This document shows positions 1-8,436 of a stretch of DNA of 64,000 bases, piece after piece; the first letter of the stretch is position 1; every line of letters starts with the position of its first letter. A program made the position numbers and the translations under genes. The stretch lies in NCBI GenBank assembly GCA_963666285.1, contig OY762711.1; one strand, 5' to 3'. The DNA is from Sedimentisphaerales bacterium. Lineage in GTDB: Bacteria; Planctomycetota; Phycisphaerae; Sedimentisphaerales; SM23-30. Under the pieces are notes generated by a model, which saw only the letters and a program-made list of their open reading frames with translations, searched no databases and had not been told where the DNA came from.

Positions 1-143
1 AATGGGCGAACTGCCTCGGCATGTGTGACAAAGGCCCGGCCTTACTCGTCAATGATCAAGTGTTTACTTCTGTTACTCCCGAAAAGGTCTTTGACATTGT
101 TGAAGGGTGCAGAAGTATGTTAAACTCTAACGTCTTACAATAA
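1..143 (+). CDS. hydC: 3' end of NuoE-like [2Fe-2S] subunit (HydC) of multimeric [FeFe]-hydrogenase, truncated by window edge
   Basis: Manual translation from nt 3: WANCLGMCDKGPALLVNDQVFTSVTPEKVFDIVEGC...LQ*, the C-x3-C-x2-GP motif of NuoE-like subunits; directly upstream of the NuoF-like gene. Confidence 0.85.
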   Translation, partial: WANCLGMCDKGPALLVNDQVFTSVTPEKVFDIVEGCRSMLNSNVLQ

Positions 144-161
144 GAGAGCAGGAGCAATATC

Positions 162-1358
162 ATGACAGCAGATCTTAACAGCTTCACTTTCGCTACTATC
201 AGACCGGAAGAAGGCATAAAGACTGTACTCAAAAAAAATAGTACAGATATCATAGAAATGTTAAAAGAATCCAGGCTTAAAGGACGCGGGGGCGCCGGTT
301 TTCCTACTGCTCTGAAATGGGAATTGGCTGCTAACGCTGAACGTGAGCCTAAATATGTAGTATGTAACGCCGATGAAGGCGAACCTGGAACTTTCAAAGA
401 CAGGTTCATTCTCAATCATTTCCCCGACCTCGTTATTGCCGGCATGACTATCGGTGCTATGGCTATCGGCTCAGAAAAAGGCGTTATTTACCTCAGGGGT
501 GAATACTCTTATCTAAGAAATCACCTGGAATATGTACTTAAAACCAGACGCGAAACCGGGCTTCTCGGTGAAAATATCTTCGGCCGGAAAGGGCTGAATT
601 TCGACGTTGAAATCAGAATGGGCGTCGGCGCTTACGTATGCGGCGAAGAAACCTGCCTGATCGAATCTCTTGAAGGATATCGCGGCGAAGCTAGAAACAG
701 ACCTCCTTTCCCGGTCAACGCAGGATTCATGGGCAATTCTACCATCGTCAACAACGTTGAAACTTTTGCCTGGGTTACCAGTATCGCTGATAAAGGTGTT
801 GACTGGTTCAAAAATATCGGAACCGATAAATCCAGCGGACTGAAATTATTCAGCGTATCCGGCGACTGCGAAAAACCTGGTATCTATGAATTCCCTATGG
901 GAATCACCATCGAAGAACTTCTCAAAACCGTTGGTGCTGAAAATACCAAGGCCGTTCAGGTTGGCGGTGCTTCCGGGTGCTGCATTCCCGCTGCCGAATT
1001 CAACAGGACACTTGCTTTTGAAGACTGCTCTACTGGCGGCTCTATTATCGTTTTCGGCCAACACAGGGACATGCTCGAAGTAGCTGAAAACTTTCTCGAT
1101 TTCTTCGCCGAAGAATCCTGCGGACAATGCACCCCATGCAGGGAAGGCAATGTCAAACTGCTTGAAGGAGTTAAACTACTTAGGGAAGGTAAATGCCCTA
1201 TGAGATACCTGCAGGAACTATGCAGCCTCGGTGAAACTATGCAATTGGCTTCTAAATGCGGCTTAGGGCAATCCAGTCCTAATGCATTCCTGTCTATAGT
1301 TAAAAATTTCAAATCTGAAATTATGGGTCGTAAATCATCAAATGCTATTGCTGGATAA
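162..1358 (+). CDS. hydB: NuoF-like NADH/FMN-binding subunit (HydB) of [FeFe]-hydrogenase, short form (398 aa)
   Basis: GRGGAGFPT, CNADEGEPGTFKDR, GAYVCGEET, ESCGQCTPCREG...CGLG motifs; RBS AGGAG. Confidence 0.93.
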   Translation: MTADLNSFTFATIRPEEGIKTVLKKNSTDIIEMLKESRLKGRGGAGFPTALKWELAANAEREPKYVVCNADEGEPGTFKDRFILNHFPDLVIAGMTIGAMAIGSEKGVIYLRGEYSYLRNHLEYVLKTRRETGLLGENIFGRKGLNFDVEIRMGVGAYVCGEETCLIESLEGYRGEARNRPPFPVNAGFMGNSTIVNNVETFAWVTSIADKGVDWFKNIGTDKSSGLKLFSVSGDCEKPGIYEFPMGITIEELLKTVGAENTKAVQVGGASGCCIPAAEFNRTLAFEDCSTGGSIIVFGQHRDMLEVAENFLDFFAEESCGQCTPCREGNVKLLEGVKLLREGKCPMRYLQELCSLGETMQLASKCGLGQSSPNAFLSIVKNFKSEIMGRKSSNAIAG

Positions 1359-1376
1359 GCATGAAAGGGTACAAAA

Positions 1377-3293
1377 ATGATACAGAGAATATTCAATAAA
1401 AATAAAGCTACGGCGAGTGAAGCTGTTGAAACCGTTCAGCAAGTTAGCAAACAGCAGACTGAAACTATTCATGTCACTATCGATGGCAAACCTATCGACG
1501 TTGAGCCTAGAACTACTATTCTTGATGCCGCTAAAAGACTTGGTATTCGCATACCTACTCTTTGCCATCATGAAGACCTTTGTAAAGCTGGCGTTTGCCG
1601 TGTTTGCCTCGTTGAAATCGAAGGTGCTCGCACTCTCGAAGCTTCTTGCTCATATCCTATTACTCGTCCGCTTACTATTCATACTCATACCAGGAAAGTT
1701 CGCAAGGCTCGCAGACATATCATCGACCTTATGCTTTCCAGTCACTATGGCGAATGCTATAGCTGTACCAGGAATAACAATTGTGAACTGCAGGCTCTGG
1801 CCAAAGAGTATGGCGTTGACTCGTTCAGGTTCGGTCATCTCGAGAAACCTCGCTACGAAATTGACAGCTCCAGTTATAGCGTTGTCCGCGATATGAACAA
1901 ATGTATTCTGTGTCGCAGATGTGTTAATACCTGTAGCGAACTCCAGGGCGTAGGCGTGCTTGGCGTTGCTAACCGTGGTGCTGATACTAAAATCACTGCT
2001 TTTGCCGACAAACCACTCGCTAATGTTGTTTGTATCAACTGCGGTCAGTGTATCAATCGCTGCCCTACCGGCGCACTTAAATCTAACGACTCTACCGACG
2101 AAATATGGAATGCTATCGACAATCCTGAAAAACATGTTGTTATCCAGACTGCTCCCGCGCCGCGTGCCAGTATCGCAGAATGTTTCGGCATGGAACCGGG
2201 CACTCCGCTTACCTTCGAGATGAACTCTGCTCTCAGGCTTTGCGGTTTCGACAAAGTTTTCGATACCAACTTCACCGCTGACCTCACTATCATCGAAGAA
2301 GGTACCGAACTGCTCATGAGACTATACAAGGCTCTCGTCGAAAAAGATGAATCCGCGGTTCTGCCTCAGTTCACGAGCTGTTCTCCTGGCTGGATCAAAT
2401 ACATCGAACATTTCTACCCTGAAATGCTCGGCCATGTATCTTCTGCCAAGAGCCCGCAGCAGATGTTCGGTGCTGTTATCAAAACATTCTATGCTAAAAA
2501 GCATAATATCGACCCTAAAGATATCGTTACTGTCGCTCTTATGCCTTGTACCGCTAAGAAATTCGAATGTAACAGGCCGGAAATGAACGACAGCGGATAC
2601 AAAGACGTCGACTATGGCGTTACCACCCGCGAACTCGCTCAGATGATCAAGGAATCAGGCATTCACCTGCCTGACATGCAGAAATCTGATTTCGATAATC
2701 CGTTCGGCAGTGCTACCGGCTCAGGCGTTATCTTCGCTGCTAGCGGTGGCGTTATGGAAGCTGCTCTCAGAACTGTTATCGAACTGGTTATGGGCGTCAA
2801 GGTCGAAAACGTATTCGAACATGCCGACATCCTTCCGGTTCGTGGTTTCAAGGGTATCAAGATGGCAGAACTCAAAATCGAAAACGTCGGCCCTGTTCCT
2901 GATATTCTTAAGATGCACTTCAAAAACTGGGACTGGCTCAAAGGTGCTACCCTTAAAGTGGCTATCGCCCACGGCACTGCTAACGCAAAACTCGTTCTGG
3001 AAGACATCAAAAACGGCGGCGAATTCAGCCAATGTCACTTTATCGAATTCATGGCTTGTCCGGGCGGTTGCCTCGGTGGCGGCGGTCAGCCAAGACCAAC
3101 TAATGCTGACATTCGGAAAGCTCGTGCCAAAGCAATTTATGCTGAAGACACGGCATATAATGTCCGGAAATCGCACGAAAATCCTGCTGTCGCAGAATTG
3201 TACACAAAATTCCTCACTGATGGACCTTGTGGGAAACGTAGCCACAAACTTCTTCATACTCACTATACATCAAGAGGTAAATTTATTCCGTAA
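1377..3293 (+). CDS. hydA: [FeFe]-hydrogenase catalytic subunit (group A) with N-terminal 2Fe-2S, His-ligated 4Fe-4S and 2x4Fe-4S domains
   Basis: H-cluster motifs TSCSPGW, MPCTAKKFE, EFMACPGGCLGGGGQP; ferredoxin motifs CILCRRC and CINCGQC. Confidence 0.97.
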   Translation: MIQRIFNKNKATASEAVETVQQVSKQQTETIHVTIDGKPIDVEPRTTILDAAKRLGIRIPTLCHHEDLCKAGVCRVCLVEIEGARTLEASCSYPITRPLTIHTHTRKVRKARRHIIDLMLSSHYGECYSCTRNNNCELQALAKEYGVDSFRFGHLEKPRYEIDSSSYSVVRDMNKCILCRRCVNTCSELQGVGVLGVANRGADTKITAFADKPLANVVCINCGQCINRCPTGALKSNDSTDEIWNAIDNPEKHVVIQTAPAPRASIAECFGMEPGTPLTFEMNSALRLCGFDKVFDTNFTADLTIIEEGTELLMRLYKALVEKDESAVLPQFTSCSPGWIKYIEHFYPEMLGHVSSAKSPQQMFGAVIKTFYAKKHNIDPKDIVTVALMPCTAKKFECNRPEMNDSGYKDVDYGVTTRELAQMIKESGIHLPDMQKSDFDNPFGSATGSGVIFAASGGVMEAALRTVIELVMGVKVENVFEHADILPVRGFKGIKMAELKIENVGPVPDILKMHFKNWDWLKGATLKVAIAHGTANAKLVLEDIKNGGEFSQCHFIEFMACPGGCLGGGGQPRPTNADIRKARAKAIYAEDTAYNVRKSHENPAVAELYTKFLTDGPCGKRSHKLLHTHYTSRGKFIP

Positions 3294-3355
3294 TCTACTT
3301 GCTCCTCTCCTGGAACCTCTTTTTAAAGATGTTCATAATGTTGAGCCTTTAAGCG

Positions 3356-3387
3356 AAAAGCCTTGTCTTTCACGACAAGGCTTTTTT
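3356..3387 (+). terminator. Intrinsic terminator of hydrogenase operon
   Basis: AAAAGCCTTGTC-tttcac-GACAAGGCTTTTTT hairpin with U-tract. Confidence 0.85.
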
Positions 3388-3660
3388 CATACCTATCTGC
3401 ACCAAACATCACATCATCGACACCTTTATATATTCGTATTCCTTACCACCGATCTACCACATACCGCAGTAGGATAATCAGCTTTTTTGACTTTATCAAT
3501 GTTTTTAACATATGTATCATAATACGTTATGTCATTATTAAATTCTCCTCAAAGAATCTTTTACGACTTTTTCTGCCATTAATATTTAAGTAAAAAAAAG
3601 GTTTACCTTTATTTTGATGCCACATTATATCAGTAATCAATGCATTTTCACGAGACGCTT

Positions 3661-3778
3661 TTAGTAGGTGAAATGATCATCGCCGGTGAAGTTGCCCCGA
3701 CTGTCGTGAACACGCGGGATTACCAGGCTGCTTAAACGCTCTTCCTCTATTTCAATAAAATCTATGAGAACAGAAGAT
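3661..3778 (-). pseudogene. Short RHS/YD-repeat remnant
   Basis: Manual translation ...PRVHDSRGNFTGDDHFTY* resembles the RHS repeat YDxRGNLTxDxxxTY; bounded by stops, no start. Confidence 0.45.
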
Positions 3779-3942
3779 TAGCTGTATTCGCCGTCGATTT
3801 GTTCGCTGCCGGAAAATATTCACTCTTTCCAGGTAAATGAATTTCTGAATTTAACAATTTCTGCTTTGTTTAAAATGCCAGGCTTAAACATATCTCTATA
3901 TATACCGACAGGTTAAACAAATACACGCCAATAATTACTACT

Positions 3943-4897
3943 TTAAATCTCAGTACCAAGAACCAACACATTGGGTAAGTTTTCTTTTAAATATTCATAA
4001 CCATATTTTGTGATAGCTGTTCTTTCTACATTTAAACTTTTAAGGTTTGGAAAAGAAATAAGATTCTGTATTGATTTATCTGTAATAATAGTTCCATCTA
4101 AACCAAGATGTTCAATTTTTTTATTATTTACTAACAAACCAACGCCTTTATCTGTCAAATGGGTATCACTTAGAATCAATTTATACAGTCTTTTTAATTG
4201 GCTAAAATCCTTCAATGCATCATCATCAATATCAAGTTGGCTAATAAACAACATCTCTATTCGTTTGAAACTAGATACTATTTTTACCCCCCTCATTTGA
4301 AACTTTAGTTCCAGAAATCCCCAACTCATAAAACTCGACAGTTCTCTTTGCCATTTCCGCCAAAGCAATATCACAAAAGTCTGTCTTGTTTAATCTTAGG
4401 TAATTCAGACCGTACAAAACACTGTTTAGCTTCAATATACCATGAGATGATATGCTGTTTTTTGACAAGGTTAAAGCTTTTAGATTTGAAAGATCACATA
4501 AATAATCTAACCCTTCATCAGTAAATATGTTTTCATTTAACCAAATATCTTCTACTGATATTATCTTTCCAACATAAGCCAATCCGCTATTACTTAGATT
4601 AACATTACCTAAATCCAATAATTTCATATCAACTGATTCTAGATATTTCAAATCATCTTCATCAAACCGTGAGTCGTGCAGGAAGACGGATTCAACTTTA
4701 TTTAATTTTGAAATCACTTCAAAAATGGTTCTATCAATTTGACAATTTTCTAAATGGATAGATCCAATAGCATGGTATTTTCGTCTACCTGGTAACCCCC
4801 ACATATCAGGCTCTTTGAGATTATGTATAACCTCAATATAACCACCGGCAGACTCAACTGCATTTCTAACTTCTTTTAATACTTTTTTATCTTCCAT
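3943..4897 (-). pseudogene. Leucine-rich-repeat protein (about 317 aa if repaired), split by a 1-nt frameshift; candidate toxin immunity protein
   Basis: ORFs 4271-4897 and 3943-4374 both carry LxxLxLxxNxxTDxGL repeats; deleting one G from the G6 run (C6 at 4287-4292 on +) joins ...VSNEG to VKIVSSFKRIE... Confidence 0.8.
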
Positions 4898-4968
4898 AAA
4901 TCTCCAAGCATTTGAAAATACTAATATAGACCTTGATTAATATCATCTTCAAGACCTATATAATTATT

Positions 4969-5180
4969 TCAATATGTTACACTTGACCTATAATAACCAT
5001 TTCCAATCCCATCCAGAAACATATTGCCAAGAATTACACCTTCACCAAACCCCAATCCGTGAATTTCTTCAGCAGACAGCATGAATTTAGATTTTACTAT
5101 ATACATATCATTTCCAGCAATTTGACTATAGGTCTCTGTTATCTCAACATCATAATATGTAACCCTATCATAATATTCAC
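4969..5180 (-). pseudogene. Possible remnant of the C-terminal tip of an RHS toxin
   Basis: AT-rich open frame (...EYYDRVTYYDVEI...SSVTY*) between the GC-richer RHS core fragment and the LRR gene; no recognisable domain. Confidence 0.3.
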
Positions 5181-5232
5181 GTGATGCGGTCGAGGTTGAC
5201 AGCGGGAACATCGAGACGCATTTTTGGAACAT

Positions 5233-5493
5233 CTACTGTGCCGGTATAGTCGTAAGCTTTGCCTGCCCTGTTGAATTGTAATAGAGCTTTTCGATGACAT
5301 TCCCGGCAGTGTCGGCCACACCGACTATTGTGCCGCGATCATCGCGAATCGGAACATAACCAAATATCTGACCCGGGCAATCCGAATCATCATACCGTTC
5401 AACCAAAGCCAGATCAGTCAGTCCCTGACCATAATAGTAACGGGAGAGGAGCAGATTGTCAATGAGACTATATTCTATGAGGATCCAATCTAT
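5233..5493 (-). pseudogene. RHS repeat-associated core fragment
   Basis: Manual translation of a start-less 87-codon frame: DWILIEYS...LLSRYYYGQGLTDLALVER...YVPIRDDRGTIVGVADTAGNVIEKLYYNSTGQ, matching the RHS core pattern D..G.v....D..G.vve...Y...G. Confidence 0.75.
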
Positions 5494-5714
5494 CTACATA
5501 CCGAATAAATATTTAAAATACAGACAAAATCAATGGACAAACTATCTCGCCCTAAGCGCGTATAACCAAGTCTTTGGCTCCGCCGACAACACACTTTTGA
5601 GAACACCGAGCGAAATGTAATCCGCCTCAGGCGGAGCTCACCACATACCGGCACCAGACAGCCGTCCCCGTTGAAAATCTTGAACTCGTCGATAACCCTG
5701 AGCATAATACAACC

Positions 5715-5838
5715 GTCGCGATAGCGACACCTTCACATCATTGGACTTATCCAATGATGTGCCCCAGTGCGCAGCACGTATTTCCTCTTCTCTGGCTTAC
5801 TGGTAGCTGGTTGCTGATAGCTCGTTGCTATTTCGCTG
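5715..5838. repeat. About 120-bp palindromic REP-like unit, copy 1
   Basis: GTCGCgataGCGAC-ACCTT-CACATCATTGGActtaTCCAATGATGTG-CCCCAGTGCGCAGCACG...GCTGATAGCTCGTTGCTATTTCGCTG; near-identical to 7625-7738. Confidence 0.9.
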
Positions 5839-6023
5839 CTCATCTGTTCTAATTTTAAACAAGCTGTGAGCGACAGCGAATTATTCCTGATGTCAACGTA
5901 CATCAGGACACCTGTCAAGTCCTGATTTAAAGTTGTCACTTTCCGTTTCTATTTACTATTGTTTTTTGATGATATATTCCGTAGTGCAGGGAGCCCGAAG
6001 GGCGACCGGAACGGAGGAATATA

Positions 6024-6809
6024 TCACGCCGCCATATGCACTTCCTCAGGCACACGATATCCCAAAGCAAAATGTGGACGACAGGTATTATACAGTTCTA
6101 TCGCCTGTTTAACCGCAGCATGAACATGAGCTTTTTTCTTAAACGTATTCTTCAATCCATACTCGTGCTTCAATATACCGTTTAACCTCTCGGCCTGGGC
6201 ATTCTCATAACAATGATTATCTTCGGTCATACTAACTCGCAGCCCATTTCTTTTAAGCTTATCTATATATCTATGGCAGCAATACTGACTGCCACGATCT
6301 GAATGATGTATCGTATTACTACCTTTGGGCAATTGCTTTATCGCCTTTGTTAATGCACGCAAACAACCTTCTGCTTCCAAACTATCACTACAGTCATAGC
6401 CAACTATCTTGCGACTAAATGCATCCATTATCAACGACAGATACATAAATCCTTCATCTGTATATATGTACGTTATATCACTTACCAGGGCCTGATTGGC
6501 TCCTGTAAGCTCTTCATCTTTCAGTATATTCTTATAAGTCTTAAAGTTATGACGACTGTCTGTCGTTGTCACACTTCGCTTTTTACGCTCTATCAACATA
6601 TCTGCTTCTGACATCGTTTCATAAAATCTATCTCGCCCTATACTAATACCGGCTTTTGCCAGTTTGGGCTTTATACGCTTCAAAACCTTTCTGCAACCCA
6701 TCTCAGGCTGCAATGATCTTTCCAGCCTGGCCAAAGATATTATCAGGTCTTTTTCATAGTGCCGCCTGCGCCGAACTTTATGTGATTTATAATAATTCTG
6801 ACGACTCAT
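6024..6809 (-). CDS. IS3 transposase OrfB (DDE integrase core); probably expressed as an OrfAB fusion
   Basis: SDITY, MDAFSRKIVGY, HHSDRGSQY, ENAQAERLNGILKHE motifs; the frame stays open upstream to the A9 run. Confidence 0.95.
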   Translation of the reverse strand: MSRQNYYKSHKVRRRRHYEKDLIISLARLERSLQPEMGCRKVLKRIKPKLAKAGISIGRDRFYETMSEADMLIERKKRSVTTTDSRHNFKTYKNILKDEELTGANQALVSDITYIYTDEGFMYLSLIMDAFSRKIVGYDCSDSLEAEGCLRALTKAIKQLPKGSNTIHHSDRGSQYCCHRYIDKLKRNGLRVSMTEDNHCYENAQAERLNGILKHEYGLKNTFKKKAHVHAAVKQAIELYNTCRPHFALGYRVPEEVHMAA

Positions 6810-6838
6810 GCCAACAGCTTTGCATAAGGAAGTTATCG

Positions 6839-7258
6839 CTATTTTTTCCTCTTTCTTTTCAACGGTTGCCTCGGACGCTTGTTGAACCGTTTGGTATCGA
6901 CTTTTTTTTTATACTCCTCGGGATCCAGCCCGTATTCTTTACAAATAACCTGAAACCTGGCTTCACTTACAATATTCTCTATATGGCTGTCTGCTAACGC
7001 TTCTTTAAGCTGCTTAATCTCTGATTCTAACTTCTTTACATGATCTTGTTCATCTAGTTTTTCCACGCGTATCACCTTTGGTATCAAATGGTTACGGCCA
7101 TATTTTCTTAGCCAACTCTTTACTGTTGTTGTACCAGAAATCCCATAGCGGGAATTAGCCTCATAAATACTGCTTAGCTTACCAGATTCAAGATCATTTA
7201 CCACCTGTAATTTAAAGGCTTCGCTGTAGCGATTATAAGTTCGTTTACTTACCAACAT
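6839..7258 (-). CDS. IS3 transposase OrfA (HTH)
   Basis: RYSEAFKLQVV...YGISGTTTVKSWLRKYG HTH followed by coiled coil. Confidence 0.9.
   Translation of the reverse strand: MLVSKRTYNRYSEAFKLQVVNDLESGKLSSIYEANSRYGISGTTTVKSWLRKYGRNHLIPKVIRVEKLDEQDHVKKLESEIKQLKEALADSHIENIVSEARFQVICKEYGLDPEEYKKKVDTKRFNKRPRQPLKRKRKK
6901..6910 (-). other. Programmed -1 frameshift site (A9G) of the IS3 element
   Basis: A -1 shift at AAAAAAAAAG gives ...KKSRYQTVQQASEATVEKKEEKIAITSLCKAVGMSRQNYY, continuous with OrfB. Confidence 0.85.
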
Positions 7259-7624
7259 TGTTGTCTCCTGTTATTTGTTAAAACATTAAATCTATAATGT
7301 GACAACTTATCACAGGACCAGACAACCTCCTTTACACCTTTTATTTTACCCTTTACACTTTGATGCCGCTTCGCGGCATCTGGTCCGCCCACAAACCAAA
7401 AATAACAACTTACAACAATTCCCGCAAAATCCCCTCTCCGCCGCAACTCTTTCCTAACCCCACCACGCACTTATTATTACATCCCCGCAACCTTCAATAT
7501 CATTCCGTTTTTTAACATCTCCTTCACCCAGCCACTCTCACTTAATATGATAATTAGTCTCGCCGAAGGCGACACCTTCACACCTGGAAACGCTTAGCAC
7601 AAACTCGGCACATTATTTAAACAG

Positions 7625-7738
7625 GTCGCGTAAGCGACACCTTCACATCATTGGACTTGTCCAATGGTGTGCCCCAGTGCGCAGCACGAAGTTAATATAC
7701 TGACCGCTGGTCGCTGATAGCTCGTTGCTATTTCGCTG
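7625..7738. repeat. REP-like unit, copy 2
   Basis: Direct repeat of 5715-5838 with few substitutions and a shorter central spacer. Confidence 0.9.
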
Positions 7739-8152
7739 TTCTAATCTCTAACGACCTCCGGTCGCTCGGCGTCAGCTTTAAAATAAGGTCCTGTACCGTA
7801 CGGTACAAGACACCTCAACTCTTACCTCTTACCTTTAACCTCTTACTTTATCTGCCTCCCGCGTTTCCGCTTCGTCTCCGTGTTTGGGCTTCCGCACCCT
7901 TTCAACGTTCCGCCGTATACTGCCCGCAGCCCGCAATTCGCCGCCGTTCAAATCCGTTACCCTTTCCATCGCCGTCCCACCGCCGCGCAGTCTCCGTTCC
8001 AAACCGCACACCTCCCGTCACCCATCAATTACCCGCGAGCGGTAGCGAGCAACCTTCCCTGACACCTGAAACCAGATCCCTGGCCCCTGATTTTCTCGAA
8101 AAAATCACCGCGTTTTTACAACCACCAAATCGCGAAAATCTAAATTTTCCAA

Positions 8153-8354
8153 AATATTTATCCCGCTTACTACAAACACCTTACAATTTTTCGGGCCAAC
8201 CATCCCGCCCAAAAAACCAGCGCACTTTCGACATACCATCCAATAGTAGAGAGCCGACAAAAAATGAGTACCAGCAAAAATTCGCTCTCGATAAAACAAA
8301 ACAACGACGAAAACTTCGTCTTAAACATAAATTTGCTCTTTTGACAATTAAATA
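8153..8354. repeat. About 200-bp dispersed non-coding element, copy A
   Basis: Aligns by eye at roughly 80% to the reverse complement of 36594-36797. Confidence 0.9.
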
Positions 8355-8436
8355 TCGTGTATCTGCTGCTTAGAATATACCGCCCAATAGATAATGCAAA
8401 TCCTATTAGTATCAAAGTAAAACTATGCCTGTTTAG

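Larger units (their letters stand above)
5913..7324 (-). mobile_element. Complete IS3-family insertion sequence (1412 bp)
   Basis: Imperfect terminal IRs TGTCaaGTCCTG..AAGTTGTCAC / GTGACAACTT..CAGGACcaGACA, TG...CA ends, 3-bp target duplication ACC, orfA/orfB organisation. Confidence 0.93.

Noticed and set aside
2710..3477. Alternate-frame and antisense ORFs over hydA and other long genes (e.g. 44384-45175)
   Set aside because: Shadows of well-supported genes, with no motifs
5490..5705. 71-aa ORF containing FNGDGC (dockerin-like)
   Set aside because: Too short a match, no RBS, atypical composition
5715..7738. Direct repeats flanking the IS3 as att sites or composite element ends
   Set aside because: The IS has its own IRs and 3-bp duplication; the repeats belong to the pre-existing hairpin family
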